Shown here piece by piece: positions 9,401 through 17,975 of a stretch of DNA of 64,000 nt. Location: the NCBI GenBank assembly GCA_017406465.1, contig JAFQYM010000015.1:622-64621 (forward strand). The letters run 5' to 3'. The notes under the pieces were generated by a model. It saw only the letters and a program-made list of their open reading frames with translations. It had not been told where the DNA came from and made no database searches. Every line of letters begins with the position of its first letter. Within the stretch, counting starts at the first letter, position 1. The position numbers and the translations under genes are program-made. This DNA comes from Kiritimatiellia bacterium (GTDB taxonomy: Bacteria > Verrucomicrobiota > Kiritimatiellia > RFP12 > UBA1067).

Positions 9401-9597
9401 TGGAAAAGACGAAACTCGGCACGAAGGATGACATTGACGCAGTCGTTCCGACGGTCAAGTCCCAGGGGCTGATCTCAAGCGGCGGCAGGTCGTATGACAG
9501 CATTGAGTATGAAGTTTGCGTGAAGCTGACCAATGGCGTGGTCTTCACATACGACGCAGAATGCTGGTTCGACATAACCTCCTTTTTCGGCAAGTAA
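6406..9597 (+). CDS. secreted 1063-aa multidomain protein: N-terminal thioredoxin-like domain (WCGWC), poly-acidic linker, large uncharacterised C-terminal region
   Basis: ATGA overlap with the tyrA stop. Signal peptide MKKTMIASLTALFALAVYA, DFSGSDWCGWCKRLDKEVF, acidic run EEDDDEGEDDEDDEDEDDEG, and a later PRWCGS-containing helical region. Paralogous N-domain at 50038-50988. Confidence 0.8.
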   Translation: MKKTMIASLTALFALAVYAKTSTPEGWLDDYDAALKKAAAENKHVVVDFSGSDWCGWCKRLDKEVFATDEFKKAASEKYVLLMVDSPMKKSLLTPKAAKENPKLVEKFGVNGFPTVVVLDPKGEEVCRLGYEKGGPAKYIEKLDAEIRDAPDVKKYIKPIEDVLNSHDNKMEEESRAVMEKVEKKFPKPKEGASKSELRKYRREAMKYAQQVMFEEVYAKYVPLYDKAFAEAKAMKVPANMESRKKDLIDEQESRFEMLKTALKAYEEAKKSGKLDVEEDDDEGEDDEDDEDEDDEGFGGGLDSWLKDWSENIKTNTAIETCATFREAKLRPFLMAQMDPGGTATADERKVLNASINHIFGDSGYKHFKDRKKLVEILDRTAKKPFAAMVRALSDNKGISDPMADWIIDGDFHGEDMRCVFWTIRNNGVFDSAGAKVLEKIEKSSVDEWLKVLLRIDVERDAAWKARGGGYANTVTEEGWNGYSNHGDACKAAFKRAMELHDYPEPAYLFSSLGPFDDKIFVAATSKQLDFDGFYGNFLWYNCYPRWCGSLAKMKAFAERCYETKRHDTMIPYMYAESMLRMAKDSGEKQEVYFRAHPEELDKIIEVCLPQISNTNAFEKVRQEAGAIATLAYSIKGDWENAGKTWNSFWHGTLPAEAWSVVQELSHWWMIWDGISGRNRKEMQRLHALFVAGDFAGLIKGIEELRAGGAKLDDKERVYLDEMTITARIKTDFPAGRPITASFPKDKTSWLTYGGHWRMNGEYAYPGKDYRASCPIEWDVLIPGEFRLELELSPEPKRETWRFDFCQKPADPALAKRDYPYLMLRFSKDGATAVFGEWDEVKDDGSGTPVPFAYAGGNVRLAIVYSDGRASAFVNGSEKPVIESEDFARLLKAISEGKFQFNGAGVRLLSLKVMRPGATKDKCGAAGQEPQALSEALKAAIASLATPMSEIVKNKAYSGGWGYDEKTAVVISAEDEISGVELERPFLLLRSQSEVIAALEKTKLGTKDDIDAVVPTVKSQGLISSGGRSYDSIEYEVCVKLTNGVVFTYDAECWFDITSFFGK

Positions 9598-9638
9598 CCT
9601 ATCCGCGAATTACCTCTTACACGATAGAATCTCGATTG

Positions 9639-12008
9639 ATGCAAAGCATTCTCAGACTTGATGTCCGCGGTGCGTCGCACGCACGGAAGATGACGTTCAC
9701 CCTCGAGAACTTCCCGGCGGGCGTGCGTATCGACGCGAAGAAACTCGCAGAGTTCATGGAGCGCCGCGCACCCGGGCGCGACAGTCTCTCGACCGCACGG
9801 CGCGAGACGGACGAAGTCGTCTGGCGCGGCGGATTTGACGCAGACGGAACGACGACGGGCGAGACGATCGTCGGCGAAATCGCGAGCCGCGACATGCGCC
9901 CAGCCGACTACGGCGCGGAGCGCACGATTCCGCGCCCCGGGCACGCCGACTTCGGCCAGTGGATCGAGATGGGGCGAATCCCGACGGGCGGCGGCAAGAA
10001 CTCCGGACGCCTCACCGCGCCGCTTTGCGCGGCGGGTGCACTGTGCCTCGAATATCTCGCACGGCGCGGAATCTTCGTTCAGGCGCAGATCGTGGCGCTT
10101 GGCAACGCAGTCTGCGGAAAAGACGAGGACTACGAAAAGGAAATTCTAAAGGCGCGCAACGCCGGCGATTCCATCGGAGGAATGGTCGGATGCACCATTT
10201 CTGGGCTCCCGCCAGCGCTCGGGGGGCCGCTTTTCGACGGACTTGAAACAGATATTTCCGCCGCGGTGTTCGGCGTCCCCGGCGTGAAGGGCATCGTCTT
10301 CGGTGATGTCCTTGGGTGCGAATTCATAGGCACTACTCCAGGATCAAAGTACAACGACCAGTTCTCCGTAAAAGACAACGGCCTTGTCTGGACGGATACG
10401 AATCAGCAGGGCGGCATAATGGGAGGACGCACCTACGGGAAGCCTGTCTGTTTCACGGTGGCAATGCGTCCGACGCCGACCGTGTTTGTCGTGCAGGATT
10501 CCGTAGACCTCGCGACGATGAAGCCTGCGAAGCTCTCGATGAAGGGACGCCACGATCCGTGCATCGTCCGCCGTGCCGTGCCTGTCATAGAGGCAGTGAC
10601 GGGCTTCGCCGTAATGGACGCGCTCCTCGCGTCGGAAGCGGAGCGTTCGGAAATCTGCCTCACGCTCACGGGAAAGACGCTCGCCGAAGACATCGCGCAG
10701 TACAGGTCACAGCGCTACTTCACCGACATGGTGGAGCTTCGCGTCGACCTGCTGAAGAAGGGCGAGCGCGCGAAAGCCGCGAAGTTCCCGGCGATGCTTG
10801 CGAAGGAGGCGACATGGCGCGTGCCGTGTCTGCTTACGTTCAGGCGCAAGTGCGACGGCGGCGCGTTCGAGGGCGATGAAGCGGAGAGGGTGAAGTTTTT
10901 CGAAAAGGTTTTAGCCGCAAAGAACGCAAAGGTCGCAGAGGATAGTTTTGACTATGTTGATTTCGAGGAAGGCTTCGGCGACGAGAGGCTTGTTGCGCTC
11001 GCGCACACGGCGGGCGCGAATGTCGTCAGGTCGCTCCACAAGTTCGACGGCCCGGTGAAGAACCTCAAGGCGAAGCTGCGCGAGCTTGCCAAGAGCGGCG
11101 ATGTCGCGAAGGTCGCGTTCATGCCGCGGAACCTTGGCGACGTCGCGAAGGTGTTTGCCGAAGATTTGGGCGATGTTCCGCGCGTTGTCTGCGCGATGGG
11201 CGCGCAGGGATTCGCGACGAGGGCTCTCGCGTCAAGGTTTGGATCGCTATGGACGTATGCGTCCGTCGGAGGCCTCGACTCAATCGGACACATAACGCCG
11301 TACGAGCTGGTGCGTGACTTCAGATTTCGTTCCGTGTCGCAATCCGCCGCGCTCTACGGCGTCACCGGCTGGCCCCTGGAGAAGACGCGTTCGCCAGAGC
11401 TTCACAACGCGGCGTTCGCGAATGAGGACGAAGACGCGGTGATGGTTCCGTTCCCCGCCAAGACGGCGAAGGAGGCGTTCGCGTTCATGAAGGCGATGGG
11501 GATGCGCGGAATGGCCGTCACGATTCCCCACAAGTTCGAGATAATGCCGCTTCTGGACAAGATCGACAAGTTCGCCAAGAAAGTCGGCGCGGTCAACACC
11601 GTGGTCTGCGAGAACGGAAAGTACGTCGGCTACAACACTGACGTCGAGGGGTTTGCCGAGGCGCTTTCGGCGTTCGCCGGCGATTTGCGCGGCAAATCCG
11701 CCGCGCTTCTCGGTGATGGCGGCGCGGCGCAGGCGGTGAAAGTCGCGCTTAGGGAACTCGGCGTGAAGTTCAAGGTGTTTCACCGCGCAACGCCGCCGCA
11801 GGGGTTCGACATTCTCGTCAACGCGACGCCTGTCGACCCGATTCCAGACTACAAGTTCACGGGGCGCGAACTCGTATACGATCTTCGCTATGTGCCTGAA
11901 ACGACGCCGCTTATGGCCCGTGCGGCCAAGGCGGGGTGTCGCGTCGAGAACGGCTTTTCCATGCTTCGCGCGCAGGCACGCGGCCAGCAGAGGCATTTTA
12001 TTGTATAA
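9639..12008 (+). CDS. aroC/aroD/aroE: trifunctional fusion: chorismate synthase + type I 3-dehydroquinate dehydratase-like + shikimate dehydrogenase
   Basis: AroC motifs: GASHA, RPGHAD, GDSIGG, KGRHDPC. Then ICLTLTG...MVELRVDLL. Then AroE motifs: YGVTGWPLEKTRSPELHNAAF, VTIPHK, GAVNTVV, GYNTDV, LGDGGAA. Start moved to ATG 9639 (TAGAAT box 8 nt upstream) to avoid overlapping the previous gene. Confidence 0.85.
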   Translation: MQSILRLDVRGASHARKMTFTLENFPAGVRIDAKKLAEFMERRAPGRDSLSTARRETDEVVWRGGFDADGTTTGETIVGEIASRDMRPADYGAERTIPRPGHADFGQWIEMGRIPTGGGKNSGRLTAPLCAAGALCLEYLARRGIFVQAQIVALGNAVCGKDEDYEKEILKARNAGDSIGGMVGCTISGLPPALGGPLFDGLETDISAAVFGVPGVKGIVFGDVLGCEFIGTTPGSKYNDQFSVKDNGLVWTDTNQQGGIMGGRTYGKPVCFTVAMRPTPTVFVVQDSVDLATMKPAKLSMKGRHDPCIVRRAVPVIEAVTGFAVMDALLASEAERSEICLTLTGKTLAEDIAQYRSQRYFTDMVELRVDLLKKGERAKAAKFPAMLAKEATWRVPCLLTFRRKCDGGAFEGDEAERVKFFEKVLAAKNAKVAEDSFDYVDFEEGFGDERLVALAHTAGANVVRSLHKFDGPVKNLKAKLRELAKSGDVAKVAFMPRNLGDVAKVFAEDLGDVPRVVCAMGAQGFATRALASRFGSLWTYASVGGLDSIGHITPYELVRDFRFRSVSQSAALYGVTGWPLEKTRSPELHNAAFANEDEDAVMVPFPAKTAKEAFAFMKAMGMRGMAVTIPHKFEIMPLLDKIDKFAKKVGAVNTVVCENGKYVGYNTDVEGFAEALSAFAGDLRGKSAALLGDGGAAQAVKVALRELGVKFKVFHRATPPQGFDILVNATPVDPIPDYKFTGRELVYDLRYVPETTPLMARAAKAGCRVENGFSMLRAQARGQQRHFIV

Positions 12009-12028
12009 CGGTCGCCATCTAAGGCAAT

Positions 12029-13357
12029 ATGCAGTCTGACGCTGTCAGAGAGGCGAAGTTCAATGTAGGAAACGTCACGCGCTTCTACGTTCCCCTGTTG
12101 CTGCAGGGTTTTTCGCAGTCGCTCGCGTATCCGCTTGTCGCCGGAATCGTCACGCACGGCGAGTTTGGCGTCGACGCGCTCACGGCCTTCAGCCAGGGGC
12201 AGATGGTCATGTTCATGATTGGCGCAATCGGCGGCGGACTTGTCACAACCGGGCTTGTCTTCGCGAAGACATGGATGGGCTATGTCGCCTTTAGGCGTCT
12301 CAATGCGCTGATGATGTCAGCGCTTTTGGCGGTCCAGTGCATCGTAGCGCTGCCGCCGTTCTCGGACTGGATATTCTCAGGGCTCTTCAACCTTCCGCCA
12401 GAGCTTGCCCACATGGCGGCGCGAACGCTTCTCTACGGTGTTTTGATGAACGGGTTCTTCTTCCTTCGCAACGTTCCGATGGTCGTCCTCTTCGACAACC
12501 TTGAAAGCGCGAAGGCGAACTATGCGACGTTTCTCCGGCTTGTCGTGACCTTTGCGCTTGCTGTTTGCCTTCCGCGGATGGGCCTTGTGGGGCCGTGGTG
12601 GGGCCTTGCGGCCCTGACCTTTGGCGTCGGCGTGGAGCTTGTCGCGACCTGGCTCTTTGCGCTGCCATACGTCGCACGGCTTCCAAACAGACCCCAGGTC
12701 GAAGACATGAAGTCTCTGCCGAGCATTCCGCGCCTTACGCTTGAGCAATTCCGGTTCACGCTTCCGCTTTCGCTCGGCGGCTTCCTGCTGATGCTCTCCC
12801 CCGTCGCAATCGCCGCCTTCGTCGGAAGGTCGGTAGATCCGAAGGACATGCTCGCCATCCACTATGTCACCATCGGCGTCGCGAACCCCGTGGCATTTGC
12901 CGCGCTTCGCATGCAGACGGTGGCGATTAAGTTCCCGCCGGAGTACGACGGTGACAGGCGTCTTCTTGTGTATGCTGTTGTCGCTGGGCTTCTCCTTGGC
13001 GTTGTTCCGCTCGCGTTCTCGACCCCGCTCCTTGGCGGCTGGTACTTTGGTACATATCAGAACGTTCCGCCGCGCATCGTTGGAACGGCGCGCCTTGCCA
13101 TTGGAATCTATTCGCTTATCGCCGTGATACATGCGGTTCGTGCGCGTGTGGAGGGGCTCGCCGCGCTTGCCAAGCGTCCGAAGGCGATAATGGCCGGGCA
13201 GATCGCCTACACGGCATCGCTCTTCACGGTCTGTTCCATCCTCCTCCCCATGGGGGTTCCTGGCTGGGCAATGGCCGTCACCGCGATTTTCATCGCTCCG
13301 ATCTGCGTCACCGCGACCATCTACGCGGTGCTCGCGTTGAAGGGGCGGCAGCGGTGA
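12029..13357 (+). CDS. polytopic membrane protein, MATE/MOP-flippase-like
   Basis: About 12 predicted TM helices; weak resemblance to the MATE/MOP superfamily by eye only. Confidence 0.45.
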   Translation: MQSDAVREAKFNVGNVTRFYVPLLLQGFSQSLAYPLVAGIVTHGEFGVDALTAFSQGQMVMFMIGAIGGGLVTTGLVFAKTWMGYVAFRRLNALMMSALLAVQCIVALPPFSDWIFSGLFNLPPELAHMAARTLLYGVLMNGFFFLRNVPMVVLFDNLESAKANYATFLRLVVTFALAVCLPRMGLVGPWWGLAALTFGVGVELVATWLFALPYVARLPNRPQVEDMKSLPSIPRLTLEQFRFTLPLSLGGFLLMLSPVAIAAFVGRSVDPKDMLAIHYVTIGVANPVAFAALRMQTVAIKFPPEYDGDRRLLVYAVVAGLLLGVVPLAFSTPLLGGWYFGTYQNVPPRIVGTARLAIGIYSLIAVIHAVRARVEGLAALAKRPKAIMAGQIAYTASLFTVCSILLPMGVPGWAMAVTAIFIAPICVTATIYAVLALKGRQR

Positions 13358-13483
13358 GGCGGCGGCCGAATGCTCCTCCTCGCGGACCCTCGGCGAATAC
13401 GCCGTATCCGCTCGCTCGGACATTCGCTCCACCGCCTCATACTGCGACCAGAGAACTTGGTGCGGCAAATCTACCGCTGATTA

Positions 13484-13492
13484 TGGTATAAT
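13484..13492 (+). promoter_or_regulatory. extended -10 box TGGTATAAT, 10 nt upstream of ATG 13503
   Basis: tggtataat followed by aaaaaaactt and ATG. Confidence 0.55.
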
Positions 13493-13502
13493 AAAAAAAC
13501 TT

Positions 13503-14315
13503 ATGGACAAGAAACTCTACATCAATCCCCCGCTTGTCGAACGTGCTTATGACTGGAAGAATGGCCCCCAGCCCAAGACCCGCAAGGAACTCGACAAGTT
13601 CTTCAACTCCCCAGCGATCAACAAGGTCAAGGACCAGATCTGCGAGATGGGTCGGCGCATCTACAACAAGGGCTACACCGATGGCAACGGTGGCAACCTC
13701 TCGGTGCGCGTCGGCGAGGATCTTGTCCTCTGCTCTCCGACTCTCTGTTGCAAGGGCTTCATGAAGCGCGAGGATATCTGCCTCGTCGACATGAAGGCCG
13801 GCCAGCTCTGCGGCTACCGTCCGCGCACGAGCGAGGTGAAGGTCCATATCGCGATGATGAAGGCGACCGGCATGAACGCGTGCATGCACTGCCATCCGCC
13901 GCATTGCAATGCGTTCCTTTTCGCGGGGCTCGTGCCGCCGAACGGCATCAACCCCGAAGCCGACATCTTCCTCTCGCAGATTCCGCTTGCGCCCTATGCG
14001 ACACCCGGCACCGACGACGTTGCGAAGAGCGTCGCCGAGGCCGCGAAGAAGTCTAACGTCGTCTTCATGGAGAACCACGGCGTTGTCTGCGGCGGGCGCG
14101 ACATCGAGGAGGCCGAGTGGTTTGCCGAGAACGCCGACGCCTACTGCCAGGTGCTTCTTCTTGCCGCGGGCCACGGCGGCAAGGTCAATCAGCTCAAGCC
14201 CAAGTTTATCAAGGACATAATCGCCATCCGCAAGGCAATGGGGCTTTCGGTCGTAAAGGGGCAGAAGCTCTATAACACCCGCCGCTTCAACGGCTACACG
14301 ATGAAGGCGAAATAG
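13503..14315 (+). CDS. class II aldolase/adducin-family protein (FucA/AraD-like)
   Basis: GNGGNLSVR motif and a His cluster HCHPPH; 270 aa. Confidence 0.8.
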   Translation: MDKKLYINPPLVERAYDWKNGPQPKTRKELDKFFNSPAINKVKDQICEMGRRIYNKGYTDGNGGNLSVRVGEDLVLCSPTLCCKGFMKREDICLVDMKAGQLCGYRPRTSEVKVHIAMMKATGMNACMHCHPPHCNAFLFAGLVPPNGINPEADIFLSQIPLAPYATPGTDDVAKSVAEAAKKSNVVFMENHGVVCGGRDIEEAEWFAENADAYCQVLLLAAGHGGKVNQLKPKFIKDIIAIRKAMGLSVVKGQKLYNTRRFNGYTMKAK

Positions 14316-14317
14316 CC

Positions 14318-16567
14318 ATGATGAAACGGTCTTTCGCTGCGCTTTCGCTCTTCGCCGCGCTCTCTGCGCTCGCGGCCACTTACAAGGTTGAAACAGACAA
14401 GCCCGGATGCGTCTACCGCTGCGGAGAGACGGCGACTTTCACAGTGACGATGCTTGACGCGTCGAACCTGCGCAAAAGCGGCGAGATGCAATACGCGACG
14501 CTTGACAACTTCGGGACGCAGCTTGTTGCCAAGGTGTCGGTCGACATTGCCACTGGGGCCGTGACAAGGATTTCCGGCACGCTCAGCGAACCCGGGTTCC
14601 TTCGGCTGAAGCTGCCGCAGACAAAAGGCGGCCACGGCGACCCAAATGTGTTCAGTGTCGGTTTCGAGCCGGAGAAGATAAAGAAGGGCAGCCCCTCGCC
14701 CGCCGACTTCGACGAGTTCTGGGCGACTGCGAAAGCGAAGCTCGCGAAGGAAGTCCCCCTTGATCCGCAGCTCGAACGCATCGAAGAGCGCTCGAACGGC
14801 AAGTTCGACTTATACCAGATTTCCTTCGCCACGTTTGGACGCCGCGTCTACGGTTTCCTCTCGGTGCCGAAGGACAAGTCCAAGGTGCCGTTCCCTGTCA
14901 TCATAGGCGTAAACGCCGCCGGTTTCGGCGGCTGGACGAACGATCTCTCGGGACGCGACGATGCAATCTGCGCCCAGTTCTCCGTTTACGACTGGCCGAT
15001 GGACTGGAAGTGGAAGGAGAAGGGGCTTCAAAAGAAGTATGACGAGTTCAACGCCGAGAAGAAGACGAAGTATTCGTGCGGTGGGTACGCCACGTCCGGC
15101 ATCTCGGTGTCGCGCGAGGAATACTTCTACTACTCAGTCCTCCTTGGCATCAATCGCGCTGTGGACTGGATCGCGGCGATGCCCGACGTGGACCCGAGGC
15201 GCTTCGTCTACCAGGGCACTTCTCAGGGCGGCGGCTTCGGGCTCTATCTCTGCGGCTTCAACCGCAACTTCACCCGTGCGGCGCTCTACGTCCCAGCGAT
15301 CACCGACACGATGGGCTATCTCGCGGGCCGCGAGAGCGGCTGGCCGAGGATCGTCGAGAGCAACTCGTCTACGCCCGAGAGCCGAGAAGCCGCGGAGAAG
15401 TGGGCTCCCTACTTCGACGGTGCGAACTTCGCCTCGCGCATCAGGTGCCCCGTGCGCGTGGCCGTCGGATTCTCCGACACGACGTGCCCCCCGTGCGCCG
15501 TCTATGCCGCGTACAACGAGATTCTTATGCCCGACAAGCAGATCTTCCACGGCATCGGGATGACGCACAGCTGCTTCGGAAAGTTCTACGGCGAACTCGG
15601 GCGCTGGCTCATGGAGCCGCCGACTGCGGCCTACGGCGGACACGCCTGGACGAACCAGCTTTTCGAGGGCTGGTATGCCGATCCGCAGATACGGCTCTAC
15701 GGCGACACCTACTGGATCTTCTCGACATATTCGCGCGCATCCTACGACGATACTCTGTTCTTCGACCTCTTCTCCTCGAAGGATCTTGTCACGTGGACGA
15801 AGCATCCGAGGGCGCTCGACGCGAAGGACATTCCGTGGGCGCGTCGCTGCATGTGGGCGCCTGATGCACACGAGAAGGACGGGAAGTACTACATCTTCTT
15901 CTCTGCGAACGACACTTACCCTGTGGACGATTCGCGCACGGGAACGGTCGTCCGCGCATTCGGCGACAAGAAGTACGGCGGCATCGGTGTCGCAGTCGCC
16001 GACAGCCCCGAGGGGCCTTACCGCGACCTTCTCGGAAAGCCGCTCATCGACCAGTTCTGGAACGGAGCGCAGCCGATCGACCAGTATGTCTTCAAGTACA
16101 AGGACGAGTGGTACATGATCTACGGCGGTTGGGGCCGCTGCAACATCGTCAAGCTTGCGCCCGACTTCAAGTCGCTCCTCCCGCTCGACGACAAGGGGAC
16201 GATATGGCGCGACATGACGCCGAAGGACTATGTCGAGGGGTCGGTCATGTTCGAGCGCAAGGGCAAGTGGTATTTCATGTATTCGAGCGGTGTCTGGACG
16301 ACTGACACGTACTGCATCAACTACAGCGTGGGCGATTCGCCTTTCGGGCCGTTCGAGTTCAAGGGAAGAGTCCTCGCTTCGCAGCGCCCGCTTGCGACGG
16401 GCCCCGGGCATCATTCGGTCCTCAACATGCCCGGTACGGACGACTGGTACATCTGCTATCACAGGCGGCCTATTCCCACGCTCGCCCCGATTCATCGCGT
16501 GACTTGCCTCGACAGGATGTTCTTCGACGAGAAGGGCGATATCTTGCCTATCATAATGACAGAATGA
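14318..16567 (+). CDS. secreted bifunctional acetylxylan-esterase-like (CE7-type) / GH43 glycoside hydrolase fusion
   Basis: Signal peptide. FDEFW and GTSQGGG nucleophile elbow in the N-half. GH43-like YADPQI..YWIFSTY, WAPDAHEKDGKYYIFFS and EGSVMFERKGKWYFMYS in the C-half. Confidence 0.8.
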   Translation: MMKRSFAALSLFAALSALAATYKVETDKPGCVYRCGETATFTVTMLDASNLRKSGEMQYATLDNFGTQLVAKVSVDIATGAVTRISGTLSEPGFLRLKLPQTKGGHGDPNVFSVGFEPEKIKKGSPSPADFDEFWATAKAKLAKEVPLDPQLERIEERSNGKFDLYQISFATFGRRVYGFLSVPKDKSKVPFPVIIGVNAAGFGGWTNDLSGRDDAICAQFSVYDWPMDWKWKEKGLQKKYDEFNAEKKTKYSCGGYATSGISVSREEYFYYSVLLGINRAVDWIAAMPDVDPRRFVYQGTSQGGGFGLYLCGFNRNFTRAALYVPAITDTMGYLAGRESGWPRIVESNSSTPESREAAEKWAPYFDGANFASRIRCPVRVAVGFSDTTCPPCAVYAAYNEILMPDKQIFHGIGMTHSCFGKFYGELGRWLMEPPTAAYGGHAWTNQLFEGWYADPQIRLYGDTYWIFSTYSRASYDDTLFFDLFSSKDLVTWTKHPRALDAKDIPWARRCMWAPDAHEKDGKYYIFFSANDTYPVDDSRTGTVVRAFGDKKYGGIGVAVADSPEGPYRDLLGKPLIDQFWNGAQPIDQYVFKYKDEWYMIYGGWGRCNIVKLAPDFKSLLPLDDKGTIWRDMTPKDYVEGSVMFERKGKWYFMYSSGVWTTDTYCINYSVGDSPFGPFEFKGRVLASQRPLATGPGHHSVLNMPGTDDWYICYHRRPIPTLAPIHRVTCLDRMFFDEKGDILPIIMTE

Positions 16568-16576
16568 CCCATTATA

Positions 16577-16585
16577 TGGTATAAT
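16577..16585 (+). promoter_or_regulatory. extended -10 box TGGTATAAT, 7 nt upstream of ATG 16593
   Basis: tggtataat followed by tacgcaa and ATG. Confidence 0.6.
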
Positions 16586-16592
16586 TACGCAA

Positions 16593-17975
16593 ATGAAACT
16601 TAAATATAGATCGATGTCAGATTACTGCGCAGAGTATGTGCGCTATCTGGGGATTGCGAAAACTGAACGCCGCAGCTATGCCGAGAGCGTCCGGCTTCTC
16701 GAAAAAAGGGGATTCAAGGACATCTCCAAGTTCAAGACGCTGAAGCCTGGCGACAAGGTTTACCGCGGCTACGAAGGCCGCACCGTCATGGCCGCGGTGA
16801 TCGGCAAGAAGAAGATTTCCGAAGTCGGCCTTCGCATCGTCGGCGGACATACCGATGCGCCGCGCCTCGACCTCAAGCCGAGGCCTCTCTACGAGAAGGG
16901 CGGCTATGTCTACTTCGACTGCCACATCTATGGTGGCATCAAGAAGTACCAGTGGCTCGTCCTCCCGCTCGCGCTCTACGGAACAGTCGTTCGCAAGGAC
17001 GGCAAGAAGATCGACATCGCTGTAGGCGACGCGCCGGGCGATCCCGTCTTCATGATCAGCGACATCCTGCCGCATCTCGGCAAGGACCAGGCGAAGCTCA
17101 CCCGCGACGAGTTCTTCCCCGCCGAGGATCTCGACGTCATCGCGTGGACGACTTACGCGAAGGAGAAGGGTAACGGGGAACGGGGAATGGGGAACGGGGA
17201 TGAGCCCAAGGCCGGCAAGTCCGATTTCGTCGCCTACTTGAAGAAGACCTACAAGATCGACGAGGAAGACCTGCTTTCTGCCGAGCTCGAGATCGTTCCC
17301 GCCGGCATGCCGCGCGAAGTCGGCTTCGACCGTGCGCTCATCGCCGGTTACGGCCATGACGACCGCGTCTGCTCGTTTGCCGGACTCCAGGCGCTCATCG
17401 ACGCTTCCGACAACGTTCCCAATGTCACCGCGTCGATACTTATGTGCGACAAGGAAGAGGTCGGTTCGATGGGCTCCACCGGCATGCAGTCGAGCTTCTT
17501 CGAGAACACAGTCGCCGAGATGATCGAGCGCCAGGAGAAGAACGCGCGCGACATCCTCGTGCGTCGTGCGCTCGAGCTTTCCTCGATGCTTTCCGCCGAC
17601 GTGTCGGCCGCATCCGATCCCCACTTCCCCGACGTCGACTCGACCGGCAACCGCGCGCGCTTCCACGCGGGCCCCGTCGCCTCGAAGTACACGGGTGGCA
17701 CGACCAAGGGCGGCGCGAGCGACTGCGGTCCCGAGTTTGTCGCAGAGATTCGCCGCATAATGGACGAAGGCGACGTCACTTGGCAGATGTGCGAGCTTGG
17801 CCGCATGGAGAAGGGCGGCGGCGGCACGATCTCCCAGTACATGGCGAGATTCGGCATGAAGGTGCTCGACATGGGCACGCCGCTTCTCAACATGCACGCC
17901 CCATGGGAGCTTGCATCGAAATTTGACTGTTGGCAAACATACCGCGCATACAGCGCATACTTAAGGAGTAAATAA
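16593..17975 (+). CDS. M18-family aminopeptidase
   Basis: GGHTDAPRLDLKP, GYGHDDRVC, CDKEEVGS. 460 aa; contains the G-rich heptamer insert at 17168-17202. Confidence 0.8.
   Translation: MKLKYRSMSDYCAEYVRYLGIAKTERRSYAESVRLLEKRGFKDISKFKTLKPGDKVYRGYEGRTVMAAVIGKKKISEVGLRIVGGHTDAPRLDLKPRPLYEKGGYVYFDCHIYGGIKKYQWLVLPLALYGTVVRKDGKKIDIAVGDAPGDPVFMISDILPHLGKDQAKLTRDEFFPAEDLDVIAWTTYAKEKGNGERGMGNGDEPKAGKSDFVAYLKKTYKIDEEDLLSAELEIVPAGMPREVGFDRALIAGYGHDDRVCSFAGLQALIDASDNVPNVTASILMCDKEEVGSMGSTGMQSSFFENTVAEMIERQEKNARDILVRRALELSSMLSADVSAASDPHFPDVDSTGNRARFHAGPVASKYTGGTTKGGASDCGPEFVAEIRRIMDEGDVTWQMCELGRMEKGGGGTISQYMARFGMKVLDMGTPLLNMHAPWELASKFDCWQTYRAYSAYLRSK
17168..17202. repeat. in-frame G-rich 7-nt tandem repeat (gggtaac ggggaac ggggaat ggggaac ggggatg); G4-N3-G4-N3-G4-N3-G4 pattern
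   Basis: Read directly. Encodes KGNGERGMGNGDE inside the M18 peptidase gene. Confidence 0.8.

Noticed and set aside
9516-9638. The track start at 9516 for the aroC fusion.
   Set aside because: It would overlap the preceding 1063-aa gene by 82 nt and add a non-homologous Arg-rich leader. ATG 9639 lies just before the conserved chorismate-synthase N-terminus and has a TAGAAT box 8 nt upstream.
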